Origin: the human T2T-CHM13v2.0 reference genome, Homo sapiens
DNA length: 64,000 nt
Assembly (NCBI RefSeq): GCF_009914755.1
Contig: NC_060927.1
Direction: 5' to 3' (one strand)
The position numbers were made by a program, and so were the translations under genes. Shown in pieces: positions 1 through 12,402 of this stretch (position 1 is its first letter; each line of letters starts with the position of its first letter). The notes beneath the pieces were generated by a model, which saw only the letters and a program-made list of their open reading frames with translations, was not told where the DNA came from and made no database searches.

Positions 1-1266
1 AGCCTTCCCAGCTGGGACTGCCTACAGGCAATATGGCAATGCTCGTGACCACTGAGGATGCAGCAAAAACTCCAGTGTCCCAGCTTGCTCACCATACTCT
101 CCTAGGCAGGAGCCCATGGCTCCCTGCTGCTTTTGCTGCATGCTGTGTTAGAAGTAAGGGCAGGAGATTCATGTGGCATGAGGGTCAGACTCTGCATGCG
201 GAACCACCAGGCAGTCAGGGACACTGTCATTACATTGTCAACGTTGTAGTGAGATATGAGGCAAAGAGCCCACTCTGTGGCCCTTCAAACTGTCAGTGGT
301 TTATCCTCCAGTTCTCTCACCTTCCTCATGCTATCCCCTTGTCCCAACCAACAGGAGTCAGAAAGATACTCTCTTTCTTGGGTATTTCAGGTGTCATCAC
401 GTGGGCAAACTCACCCTGCACCTGTACATGTTCCTGTTTCATGAGAAAGAGCAGTATCAGAGAATGTTGCAGACATAGTCTCTGAGGTCCCTAAATGCTC
501 ACAAAGTTATTTAAATAAATGGCAAAATATGATGCTTTCATTTTGATAAAATTGTGTAAGTGCATTATGGATGATTTACTTACTAAGGATGGCCACAGCA
601 TTTAGGTGTCTGTGTTGCATTTTGGTTTATGATCACAACAGTGCCAAGATGTACACTTTTGATTTTTGTGAGCTAATGACAAAAGTAGAAACCATCAGTA
701 TGTAAATGTTAATAATTCTCTTTCAAAGTAAACAGATCCTCATGATCTGTACAAATTAGGGTTTTACAAAAGTTCTATTACAGAAGAGTGGTGGGAAGTT
801 GGTCCTTCCCATGGCATCATATAACATAGGCTACATGAGACATGTGAGACTTCCTGTGCAATTTCACAGTTACATATTTACTTTGAGATCAGCAATTTAG
901 TTCCAGCAAAATAACACCATGCATCACATTGAATTTATGTTGTCAGTTTGATTTTTTATGGTCTCATTCTTTCAAAGATTTACTTTCTAATTTGTTTTGG
1001 TTTCATACCATTTTAAGAAATACAAGCAGAGAACATTAATCAATACTTTTGGGTTTATATATATTTAAGCAAAGTTAAAAGAAAAACAATTTAAGCCAAG
1101 GTTGGAAACTAAGAAAACTTTCCCTTCTTAAGAAACTGTTCACATATTGGTCAAGCTTCAGAAACACTGGTTATCCCTTTTAAAGACATTAATCCCTTGG
1201 TTTCAAACACATTCTCCATGAAGAAGCAAAAGAGGCCCATAGTTGACATCAAATGAGGGCATTCTT

Positions 1267-1705
1267 TGTAGGGGACTCTATTGGAGTATCTCCCAGATCC
1301 CCTTTATTAGGCCAGCACACCTGTCTCCCAGCTTTGGTAAATGATGGCTGCTAATGGCTCATGGATGTCTCCTTCTCTGAAGAACTGGCCTCAGAAAAAA
1401 GACAGGCCACACGAGAGATAACACCTTTGCCACCCAACTGAGGACACCTCACAGCCACTGACTGGCTGACTTGAGGGTACAAAATCCTAGACCGCTTGCC
1501 TCAAGGTGGGCTCAACTCTTGGGTACAATTCATACCCCAAAGCATCCCATGGGATCAGCAAAAGCTAAACTCCAGGTGATACCACATCTGCCTAGATTCT
1601 TTTCTTCTTTATTTTGATTTCCTTATTGTTTCTCTCCAGAGAGCACACCCCAACATGCAGCTAAATGCCTGTCTTAGTCTGTGTTTCTAGGGAACCACAC
1701 CTACT
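1267..1705 (+). mobile_element. LTR16-family (ERVL) solo LTR, old and diverged
   Basis: CCCAGATCCCCTTT near the start and GTGTTTCTAGGGAACCACACC at the end resemble recalled LTR16 consensus; boundaries approximate. Confidence 0.65.
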
Positions 1706-2469
1706 TCACCCTCCTAATTTATAGAAAGCCTACTCAGCACAAAGATAGGGCCTGACTTTTGGGCCCAAATGAAGTATCTGTGGAAATGAGTTTTTCTTCT
1801 ATTTCCATTACCATGAATAAAAGACATGTACGTATCTCATTCTCTAGAACATGTTGGAAAATATTTCTAAATGTGATTTAATTACCAAAGACCTCTGGCA
1901 GATTGAATATGAAGATTTCTGACTTACAGGTTGTGTGAAAATCTAAAAACTTAAATGGTTACTTTTAAATATTTTTAAATCTCTAAAACCAAATGACTCT
2001 TTTTCTGGATCCAGTTGGGGAAAATTTTCACTGGACCTGAGAGATCAACATCTCCCTAGGTATTCATTGCTGTAGCAAAGTGAAAAACTTTTGGACCCTG
2101 GAACAAATATATCTGCAATCAGTTCTCTATCTTTGTCCATAGTGATCACCTCTTTCCATTTGGTAGAAGCAACTATGTCTCCAACCATAGAAAATGAAGT
2201 CTTGATTGCCAGTCCCCATTATATAAAGTATCATTTAATCATGCTTATAGAAATAGACATTTTAACATTTCTTGCGGTTGCTCTATTGCCTTCCCCACTC
2301 ACCCCATCCTAGAAGAAAAGGAAGAAACACCTGCAAGTTAAACTGAGTTAATAATAATAGCCATAGGCACCAGCTTTTGAGCCCTATGTGTCAATTACTG
2401 TACAAAGAGCTACATAATCATTATCTAATTCTTGCAACTGCCTTGTAAGGCTAGGTACTGTCTCCATTC

Positions 2470-2820
2470 CAAGTTAGGGTTAATTTTTCTCATGTTACAA
2501 GAAGTGTGGAGGTAAGCAGATTGTGCCTGTATATCAGCTCTATGAAATCATCAGCATCTCAATGTCGTTCCATCTTTCTGTTCACCATCCTAGATATTTG
2601 TCTTTCATCCTAATGGTCATGAAGTAGCTGATGTATCTCCAGGCACCATATCTGTAGTCCAAGCAGAAGAAAGGAAAAGGAAGCCATGCCTATTCTCTAG
2701 TGTTGATTTATTTAGAAAGGCAAGTCTTTTTCAGGGATTTCTGCCTCTATCTCATGGACTGGAACTGTGAGAGTGAGACTTGACCACCCTAAATGTGAGG
2801 GAGGTGGTTGAATATTTCAC
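2470..2820 (-). mobile_element. MLT1J/K-like MaLR LTR fragment
   Basis: TTCCATCTTTCTGTTCACCATCCT...GGTCATGAAGTAGCTG resembles antisense old MLT1. Confidence 0.55.
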
Positions 2821-2864
2821 TTTATAGCTATTATAATAGCAATTCTAAATAAAATATTATTCGA

Positions 2865-2990
2865 ATAAATCATGTCTTGGTTTGCATGGGATAGTCCTGG
2901 TTAACACTGTTAGTACCTGCATAATCATTAATAAGGTACCCTTTTAGCCTCCAGTGTCCCTGTTTAGATGATAAATTATATGGTTAACCT
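2865..2990. mobile_element. MER94-like hAT-Blackjack MITE
   Basis: GTCTTGGTTTGCATGGGATAGTCCTGG ... GATAAATTATATGGTTAACCT matches recalled MER94 layout (~130 bp). Confidence 0.6.
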
Positions 2991-4460
2991 TTCTGTAATA
3001 GAGATGGCAGCTGAAGTGTTGAGCAAACCAACCTCTAGTATCTGTCGTACTCCAGTGACCAAAATAATTGAAAATCAATGTAACTCTTAATTTACAGTCT
3101 TTCATGAAAACACCAAAGGAGAGTATATTTCTAACACTCCAGAAACCTCTTTCAAATTTTCTTTCTCATTTCTCTTGCTGTTGATATTTCATACATGCAT
3201 GGATGATGCCCTAAAGTGCCTCTCCTTTTCCAGTGTAAGATTCAAAAAATCCTTTTTCTAACTCAATCTATGTCACCTCCCTTCTCTCCTCTCCCATCTC
3301 CTCTCTGGCCCAGGCCTTTGTCATGGCAGTCCACTTAGCCCCTCTGCGCACCTCACTTTTCTCCTTGCCCTACTCCATAGAACGGTAGAATCTGTCGCTT
3401 CTCTGTACTCCCTCAACCCCCATTAAGAAGTCATCTGCCACAGTTGCTGTTTACAACCATCTTGTACCAGGGTAAGAGTAAATCTGAAACAATGCAGGGA
3501 AGAGCCCAGAGGAACAGCCTCGAGCCCTGATTGTCCTACCCACGGAGCTCCAGAAATGTTAGGTAGCAAATCTTGTTCAAGCCCATTTGAATCAGGCTTC
3601 TCTTACTTGTAAGCAAAAATATCCTAACAAATTCACTGATGTCTGTACAACTAAGGAAGTCCCAGGATAGAATCTTCTGTTATTTGACAGTAGTGAAAGG
3701 AGGAAAATGGATTTTAAAATTTGTAAGTCAATATTTTTGAGTCCTGCTAGTTATACCTTAATATATTTTTTGTTCTTGTTAAAATTGTTTAACAGGAAAT
3801 CACAATTTAACTGTTTTTTGTTTTGCTTTGTTTTGTTTTTTGAACAATAGAGGGCAGGGATCCTATAAGAAATTTAGTAAAGGAAGTAAACGTGTTTGCT
3901 TCCTCTAAAATGGATAGACATCAGCCATTGTATGCTAAACCATTTCAAAATCAAAGCCAGTGCCTCACTGAGCTGGTGCTGGTGAGGGAGAATAGTCAAA
4001 TCTCCTTAGTCGTGAGGAAAAATATGAAACATATTGTGTGTGTACATGACCAAGAGATGCCATGGGACCATAGGAACCCATGGGAAAGATCAGAGCAGAA
4101 TGGTTGAGATGTTAATTTGGCTCCAGAAATAAGAAAGTTTGGTAAGAGGCTCCTTTGAAGGCCAAATCCTCTTGCTGTCATTGCATAGCTACTAGAGTTC
4201 ATAAAGGATTGCTGACCATCCCTGTGATAAAGCAAAATAACAGAGGGAAGAAATTTGGTGCTCAGAAGTGGCTGGCAGAGACCAGCAGAAGCAGGAACAA
4301 CAGGGCCCTAATGGGAAGCTCTCATGATGCACAGGTCTTTCTATTGTGAACAATACTTTAGAAGCCAGCAGAGCAGAGAAACACAGGGTGAATCTTACAA
4401 AGGGTGTCAGGAAACAGTTACCATAAACTAAGAAAACACAACCAAAGGCAGGTTGGGGAG

Positions 4461-4806
4461 TATCTTAGTCAGCTTGGGCTGCTATAAAAATATGTTGCAT
4501 TGGGTTACTTGATTTATTTCTCATAGTTTTGGAGGATGAGAAGTGCAAGATCAAGGTACTGGATGATTTGATTCCTAGTAAAGTCTCTTTCTCTGTTTTG
4601 AAGTCTTCTTGCTGCATGTTCACATGGCAGAGAAAGACAGATATCCTGTTTTTATAAGGGCAATAATCCCATCACAAGAGCCCACACTCACAACCTAACC
4701 TAAACCTAATTCCGTCCCAAAGGGCCCACCTCCAAATACCATTAAATTGGAGATTAGGGTTTCAACATCTAAATTTGGGGATGATACAGACACTCAGTCC
4801 ACAGCA
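4461..4806 (-). mobile_element. MLT1A/MLT1A0 MaLR solo LTR
   Basis: TCTTAGTCAGCTTGGGCTGCTATAA start, CCCACCTCCAAATACCAT and CTCAGTCCACAGCA end. Confidence 0.8.
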
Positions 4807-5821
4807 AGAAGGAATAAATCACAGTGGGTTTTTAGAAAGTCCATGTCAATCTGTAATCCATGTACTGTGTTTCTTTAAATTTTGTCCTTTATTGTAATGA
4901 CCTTTGATGCTAAAAACAAATGTAGTAATGTGTGTTTAGAATCTTATGTTAATTTTTTTCCAAAACAAGCAATATTGGTAGAACCCACTTATTTATTCTG
5001 CCTATATGTCATTTATACATTCCAATGGATAAGTTTACTATCAAAACTATATACCGTAAACCAATGCCTGGGTGTACACCATAAACTATACACCATAAAC
5101 CAATGCCTTGCTATTTCCCTGGTAATCTTCAGCTGGTGCAGGACCTGCCCAGTAAATCAAACCCTATTAAAGAATAGTGAAATTAAGTAGAGGAAAACCA
5201 TAAAATAAGTTGTGGGAAGTGAGGGCTGGAGGGAGTGGGGAGAAAGAAGCTCGATAGATGAAAGGGGACAGAATCACACCAGAAAGTGGAAGGACTTATT
5301 GTAATAACCGAAGGATGCTGAGATAGATGGAATGTGTATAACCTGCTTTGAACTCTCTGCTCAGGAAAACAGACACCATGTAAACACAATATCCTAGTTA
5401 CTATGTTTCTCACAAGACATACAAAAAGGGAACTTAGTCATTTCAATAGTTGAACAATGCTATATTATCAAAATGAAACTAGATTTAAACTATTAAATAA
5501 CTGCATTCACCCAAAGTATTTGTACACACAGCAAAGCTATTTAAACCAACGGATATAATTTTGAGAGGAATTGTTATATTAATTCACATTTATTTTAAGT
5601 GGCAGTGGAATACTGAATGCAGATAAGACAGTTAACTGTTTGAATTCTAGGGTATAGACCACAGGTACAGAATAAAATATTTTTTAATTTATTGAACACC
5701 AGCAATGTGGTCAGTATTGGACACATTTTGATACCATTCATGACTGCCTTGTTATCTAAACAAGCAGAAACAATCTTACCCAGAAGAGAAAGACAGGTGC
5801 CAATCAGCAGAAGACAGGAAA

Positions 5822-6241
5822 GTATTGTTTTATTTTCGTGGTGTTACACAAAGCCGACCAGATAGAGAGAGATGGAGTGAGGGGAGAGGAGGAGATGTAA
5901 GGAATTGGCTCACACAACTGTAGAGGCTGGCAAGTCCAAAATTTGAGGGGTATGTTAGGTCAGCAGGCTAGAGACCCAGGGAAGAATTGATGTTGCAGTT
6001 TGAGTCCAAAGGCCATCTGCTAGCAGAATTTCCTCTTTCTCAGGAATATCAGTCTTTTCCTTAATGTCTTCAACTGATTGGATGAGAATTACCTACCGGA
6101 TGAAGGGTAATCAACTTTACTCATGGTCTACTGACGTATATGTTAATTTCATCTAAAAAAAATACCTTCATGCAACATCCAGATATGTTTGGCCAAAGTG
6201 CCATGGCCTAGTCCAGTTGACACAAAAAATTAGCCATCACA
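5822..6241 (-). mobile_element. MLT2C/D (HERV-L) solo LTR
   Basis: GGAATTGGCTCAC...GGCTGGCAAGTCCAAA...CAACTGATTGGATGAG...GTTGACACAAAAAATTAGCCATCACA. Confidence 0.8.
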
Positions 6242-6839
6242 GTTGCCTTACCAATATTTGATATACTGTGACATTTTTCATTCAATTCTGTTCTACTCCG
6301 AAAAATTTTTTAAATGATGATCACAAACTAGTGGATTGATTTCATGACTTGCTCCAAGAATGCAGCTTTAAAATCTGAAAAATATTGGTCTAGAAACCTG
6401 TCTAAAAGAGGCTCATTAACTTTCTTGTGCAACACTGGAGGCAGGAGCAGCAAAAATGTCCTCTTGCACTCAGGAGGTACAGGGGAGTGGAGGATCTAAA
6501 AGCCCAAAATGGAGTGGCAGAATGTGTCCATTGAGCCTGAGAGTGGCAAGTATATAGTTCCAAAAGTTAATGATTTGAAGAAGTCTTATATTCGGGAAGA
6601 AAGAAAGACAGAAGTGAAACCATAGACTAGTAACTGCAGACTAGACAGAAACAAGGAAACCTCCATGGACATAGCATACAGATAATGGCATCAAGGACAG
6701 CATCACCAGATGTTTCCTTGACAGCATAACATAATGTAACTACTCCCAATTCAGACAATTCCACGGATAGAAGAATAGCATTGCAAAAATGACTGGAATT
6801 CATTCCTACCAAACAGTGGACTAGGAATTTGACATAGCA

Positions 6840-7334
6840 GTGTTTAGTCATCTATTGTTACATGAATAACCATCCCAAACTACTGGTTTAAAACAACATC
6901 AATTATTTTACTCTTACCCCGTACATTTCTGGAGCTTGACTGAACTCAGCAAGATTGTTTTCACTCAGCTCTCTTGTGCAGTTGCAGGCAGACAGTGGCT
7001 GGGGCTAAGTTGTCTGATGGCTGGCTTACTCATATGACTGGTGCCTGGCCTGGAAAATACCAACAGCTGGGGCTCCTTCAGCAGATCTCTATCTCCATGT
7101 AATAGAGAAGCTTCATGATAGCTAGAGTGAGAGATCCAGGCAGAAGCTGTTCTGCTCTTAGGACTTTGGCTGAGAAGTCACACAGCATTACTTCTGCCAT
7201 AATCTAATAGCTGAGGCAGTCACAAAAGCCTGACTAGTCTCACGAGCAGGAGACAGAGACTTGACTTCTTGATGAAGAAAGTGCAAGTTCTGGTACATCA
7301 CATAGAACCAGAAACATTCTTGCAGCCATTTTTG

Positions 7335-7377
<43 letters not shown>

Positions 7378-7380
7378 TTC
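6840..7380 (-). mobile_element. MLT1F/G-like MaLR solo LTR
   Basis: GGTTTAAAACAACA, GAAGTCACACAGCATTACTTCTGCCA and GCAGCCATTTTTGG motifs. Confidence 0.7.
7337..7373 (+). repeat. A37 homopolymer
   Basis: 37 uninterrupted A counted directly. Confidence 0.95.
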
Positions 7381-7509
7381 AAAAAAGTTCACTTAGAGGA
7401 AAGTTAAATGAATTTCTTGCCTATTCAAGTCAATGCACGGAAATTTATACCTAACAAACGGTAACGATTTGAGACTCATTCACCATACAAGGATCGGGAA
7501 CCACAGATG

Positions 7510-7630
7510 CAGCCCAATGTCCTCATTTTACAACTGAGGACACTAAGACATAAACAAGGTCAGTGACTTGTACAGCGTCTCACAGAGAGTCAGTGTCAGA
7601 GCAAGCCTAGATCCCAGGTCTTTGAGACCC
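7510..7630 (-). mobile_element. MIR fragment
   Basis: CCTCATTTTACAACTGAGGACACT MIR core. Confidence 0.6.
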
Positions 7631-7995
7631 ACCTTAATTCCCTTCCTAGCCTCTTTCTCTCTAGTCTTTCCACTGACCTTCACGTGCTCATTTACGAACA
7701 GAGCTGAGTGGGCGAGGACACATAGAGTTCTTGCTCTTAAGTACCTGATGGCAGTAGAAGTATTTGCCAACAAGGGCCACACTGAATTCAGGCATGGAAT
7801 AAAAGGAAACACCACAAGGTTTCCCAGATGTGAAGAGGGCGAGGACTTCCCAAGCAATGACGTTCTAAACATGGCAGGCAGACTCACCCATCAGAACAGA
7901 CACTAGCCATAAACAACCAGTAAGATAGTACCCATGTGTCCCAAGTGGATATCACCTTTGCCCCCTCTCTGACCAAGGTAAAAAGATGTTTTCCT

Positions 7996-8323
<328 letters not shown>

Positions 8324-8899
8324 TAATTTCTTCTGTTTAAATCCAAGACTATTCATAGCTTTGTGGTACAAATTTCAGGTTGCAAATTCATTTGTTCTAG
8401 GGGAAAATGAAATAGGATTTTCTAAGTGCTAGCAAAAATAATGTTGAAGTTTCTCCTTAAATACTTTTTAGAAGTTAAATCACTGCTGCTGAAGAAAAAT
8501 GATGAGTCAATAGAAACTAAAGCATGATCATATGGATTAAATTTTTCTCAACAAGACTGTTTTTTTAAAGGAAGGGCAAAGAATTGAGAAGAATTGGTTT
8601 CCAGTAGATTTTTTGTTAACAATCATCAGTTTTCTATACATAAGACTTATCCAGCCTGGTGTTATGGAGATAGGGAATGGGGTACCAAATGCAGGAGTAT
8701 AATTTCGCTGCAAGATTAACTGAAGAACAGAAAAACTATAGTTAAAATATAGCACTTGGTATTCTATTAGGTAAAAGAAAGAAAAAAAAGTATACGAGAA
8801 GAAATTTACATTGGCATCTTTGGTTCCAGTGGGGAAATTATATTTGACTGCCTCTCCCTCTGGATGGCATTTAAATGAACAATACAGACTTCACAGAAA

Positions 8900-9055
8900 C
8901 CTAGCACATTAGAGCTGGGAAAGGTCTTAGAGAAGATTTTGTCCAAATGCTGCATTTTACAGGTGATGATGTTAAGGCTGTGAGAGAAAAAGTAGCTCAC
9001 TCAGTTACACAGCTGGTGGAGCAAGAGCTGGAACCCAGGACTCCCAGCCTCAATG
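8900..9055 (-). mobile_element. MIR fragment
   Basis: CATTTTACAGGTGATG...ACACAGCTGG...GAACCCAGG. Confidence 0.6.
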
Positions 9056-9159
9056 CTTGTACATGGTTCACATTATCACCCACTGAAATCTCAGAAATAT
9101 TTTAGCAACAGCACGATCTGTAGTTAGAAACTTGAGATTCCTAGAGAAAGAAGGAGCTT

Positions 9160-9722
9160 TCAGAGGCATCTGCTCTTTGCCTCCCAGCATCCACCCCACT
9201 CCTCTGGCAAGTCTCTGTTTTTGTTTAAAGATCTACAGTTCAGCCACTTCTATCCACAAGGTTAGAAGACATCATACTGAGTGCTGCAAAACATGACCAA
9301 TGTCAAGCCAATCACCACAGTGCAACCCATTCCACTGTGATTGGTTCATAGATGGACACTTTACCCATTGAGAACCAATGAAAAACAATCAGATTCTTGT
9401 TTCTGTTTTTAACCTGAGAAAGAGTTTCATTATCTTCTTCTTTCAACTTGAAGAGGAAGAAATATCAGACTTGAAGCCACTGAAGTGATTTTTATCCTAC
9501 TTGGATATTGAGAACAAAGCCAGTACAGCAGAAGACAGAACCAAGAGATGTGAGAAACCACACACAGGAGATATTGTTTGGACATTGAATCTAGTCGTGT
9601 CTGAAACCAGCTCTAACCATGTACTTTTTAGTTACATGAGCCAGTGAAATCCACTTAATCACTCAAGGCAGTTTATGTTAGGTTTTCCATCACATGCAAT
9701 TATAGGGGTTCTAAATAACACA
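9160..9722 (+). mobile_element. MLT1K/L-like MaLR LTR
   Basis: GTGATTGGTTCA, AGTTACATGAGCCA and TTTTCCATCACATGCAA motifs. Confidence 0.6.
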
Positions 9723-11244
9723 AAACCCTAGAGATAATTAGACCTATTCCCTGCCAAAAATGAAAAACAAAACCAAACAAACAAGCAAACAAAAAACGCT
9801 GAAGCCAGAGAATTGAAACAACTTGTGCAATACTGCAGAATTTAAGTGGCAAAGCCAGGCTAACACCCAACCTTCTAAACCCCAGATCAACTGCCCTTGT
9901 GCTCTGAATTATTCAATAGGAGTGAGGCCTGAGTCAAGGGATGGATCCCTCAAGGAATCAACATGGGTAGAGTATTCCCTCCAAGTAAAATGAGGACGGT
10001 GCAAATCTAAGCCTAGGGACAGGTCTGGATAACAAATAACAAAACTGAATCTAGAAGTGAAAATTGAGATGGAATCCGGAGGAGAGAAAAGCTGCAATCT
10101 GATTGGAAACAAGACAGGAACACATAACATGGGGTCAGGATTTGGAGGAGCAAAGAAAGGAGTTCAGGTACGTAGAGACTTCTGAGGCTCCCATGGTCAG
10201 TCATGTTTTTGGGAAACCATTCAGCATTTTTAAGGTTAGCAATAACATTCTGTAACTCCCATTGTATATGGCTTGCTTATTTTCCTTATTGAATTGACCC
10301 AAAGGTCAAAATGAAAGCAGATGTGACTACGTTGGGTATTCAGAGACCGGTGATCAAGTCGCAGCTCTGTTGCAGAACAGTTGTGTGGCCTTGGGTAATA
10401 CCAACAATGGACTCAAGCAAGGCATTTGAATTTGTGTAACCTAACTGAAATTTGCTGATGTGAAGCCTCAAAAGGGGGTTTCAAGTGGTTTCTCTGAAGA
10501 TAGATGATGATGATGATAGATAGATAGATTAAATAGATAAGCAAGTAGGCATATAGATGGGCAGAAAGTAGATATACACACTATATATATATATCCACAA
10601 ATATGTAAACACTTATAAATTGTATATTTCCCTTAAACTTTAAACTCCTAACAATTTAAATTTTTTAATGGCTCTCCCAGTGCCCAGTAGTTAAAGGTCA
10701 CCCTTATTGGTTTGTCACACAAGATTTTTCATGAGCTGATCCCATCCTTTCAAACCAGTTTCATGGCTCATTTTCTTTCCCCGTTCCTAATGTTCTAACC
10801 ACATTTAACCACCACTGGTCTGCTTCTAGAGCTTTGCTCATGTTATTTATTCTGATTGTCTAGCCTTCCCTGTTCCCTCAACCTGGCAAACCCCAACTCA
10901 TTTTTCAAGACCCAGCTCAAGCATCTTGCTCTCTGTTATCTTCCTAAACTCCCCAAGCAGAGTTGGCCACTCTCTCTTTTGTCCTACTACAATACCTTCT
11001 GCAGATCTTTTTTGTCTACTTATTTCTGTGATAAAATTGTTTTCTTACATATCTACTTCTAGTATTAACTTGTAAATTCCTTGACATAATCCATGATAGT
11101 CCCATGTGATATTACTGGTTCATTATTACACAGTACCCCATTGCTATTAGATTTTTAGCATGATGGAGCGACTGCACTTAGGATTTGAGGCAACACCTCA
11201 TGGTGCTAGGGTCACCTAGGAAAATACCTAGAGTACCAAAAAAC

Positions 11245-11355
11245 CATGTAAATGTGTAAGTGGGAGGAGTGTCAGACAACAGAGAATGAGAAAGACCATC
11301 TTGAACTGAGAGTGTGTGGCCGGCCCGTATAAAGGGAGCAGCCCCTACTCAGCTG
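11245..11355 (+). mobile_element. MER102-like hAT-Charlie fragment
   Basis: GTAAATGTG...GAACTGAGAG...AAAGGGAGCAGCCCCTACTCAGCT resembles the recalled MER102 5' part. Confidence 0.5.
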
Positions 11356-11524
11356 TAAGTGCATCTCTGTCAGCCACACCTCCCTTCTTGTATAACTGGT
11401 AAAGCAAATGTTTTGGAGTTAATGGAATTCCATTCTCAGGTCTACCCCTCACTCACTGTGGGAATGTGAGCAAGTTATTGAATATCTCTGAGATTCAGTG
11501 TCCTCATCTACAAAAGAGAATTAG

Positions 11525-12402
11525 CTACTCATCAAAACTCTATCTTCCTTATCCTAAGCAGATAGCCAATTCTATTTCCATCTCCCTGTGTAGTGAGGTG
11601 AGATCACCTTCCTTTGTTCTGATCATCAGCATGTAAAGGGAAGAAAGGCACACCCCTTCCTGGCCTGGCCCATAAAAACCTCCTGTCTTAGTTTCAGTTA
11701 CCTCATAAGTAGATCATAAGATAAGGATGAGAGTACAAGTAGTTTATTTGGAAGATGACCTCAGGAAATGCCAATGGAGGAGTGAAAAAAAGAATTGGGG
11801 AAGGAAGCCAGTAAAGGATGTATAATTAAGAAAGTTATCATTCTAGGCAACTGGAGCTTAATCCTACAGGAAACTGGTAAACAGCATAGATTTCCCTCAT
11901 TCCACCTCCACCTAAGAGTCTAATGACCCTTGATGTGGGATATTTATATACCAACCATCATTGGTCATTATTTGGTGGCTATGAATTAGTTTCTGGGCAC
12001 TTCTGGCTTGCTCTGCATATGAGCAGAGAAGGTTCACATGGCCAGAGAAACTTCTCAGGAAAGAGATGCAGGTGATGTTCCTGGTGTTGGAAGTGAAACC
12101 GGCATGCACTGAATGGAAGGGGCCAAGGATATATGTGTGTGGCCCTGCCTGCTATCCTGCCATATGCAATATCTCATTCTCCTCCTTGCTCCATGGATGA
12201 ATGAAGAGGATTCCAAAGCCTTAGAGAAAGGCAGAACCATGAGACTAAAGGAGCCTGAATCCTAAAGTGACCAATGGAAGGCTGTTCACTGGCCAGGAAA
12301 ACCCAATTTGTCTTTACATTGGCAAGAAATAAAACAAATTTTTCTAAGCCACAAAAATATGGAGATTATTTGTTACAGCAATTAGCTTATTCTGACTAGT
12401 AC
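11525..12402 (+). mobile_element. MLT1J2-like LTR split by the LTR33 insertion (pieces ~11525-11683 and ~12156-12402)
   Basis: CCTGGCCCATAAAAACCTCC before the insert; AAGGAGCCTGAATCC...TTTGTTACAGCA...CTGACTAGTACA after it. Confidence 0.65.
11684..12155 (-). mobile_element. LTR33-family (ERVL) solo LTR
   Basis: TGTCTTAGTTT...GTACAAGTAGTTTATTTGGAAGATGAC...GGCAACTGGAGCTTAATCC. Confidence 0.7.

Noticed and set aside
33-485. Longest ORF in the track (150 aa)
   Set aside because: No recognisable domain, random-looking Cys/His/Ser-rich composition and no promoter context. An ORF of this length is expected by chance in 64 kb.
11318-11360. GC-rich stretch followed by TATAAAG, resembling a core promoter
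   Set aside because: It lies in a MER102-like fragment whose recalled consensus is one base from this TATA, and there is no other promoter evidence.
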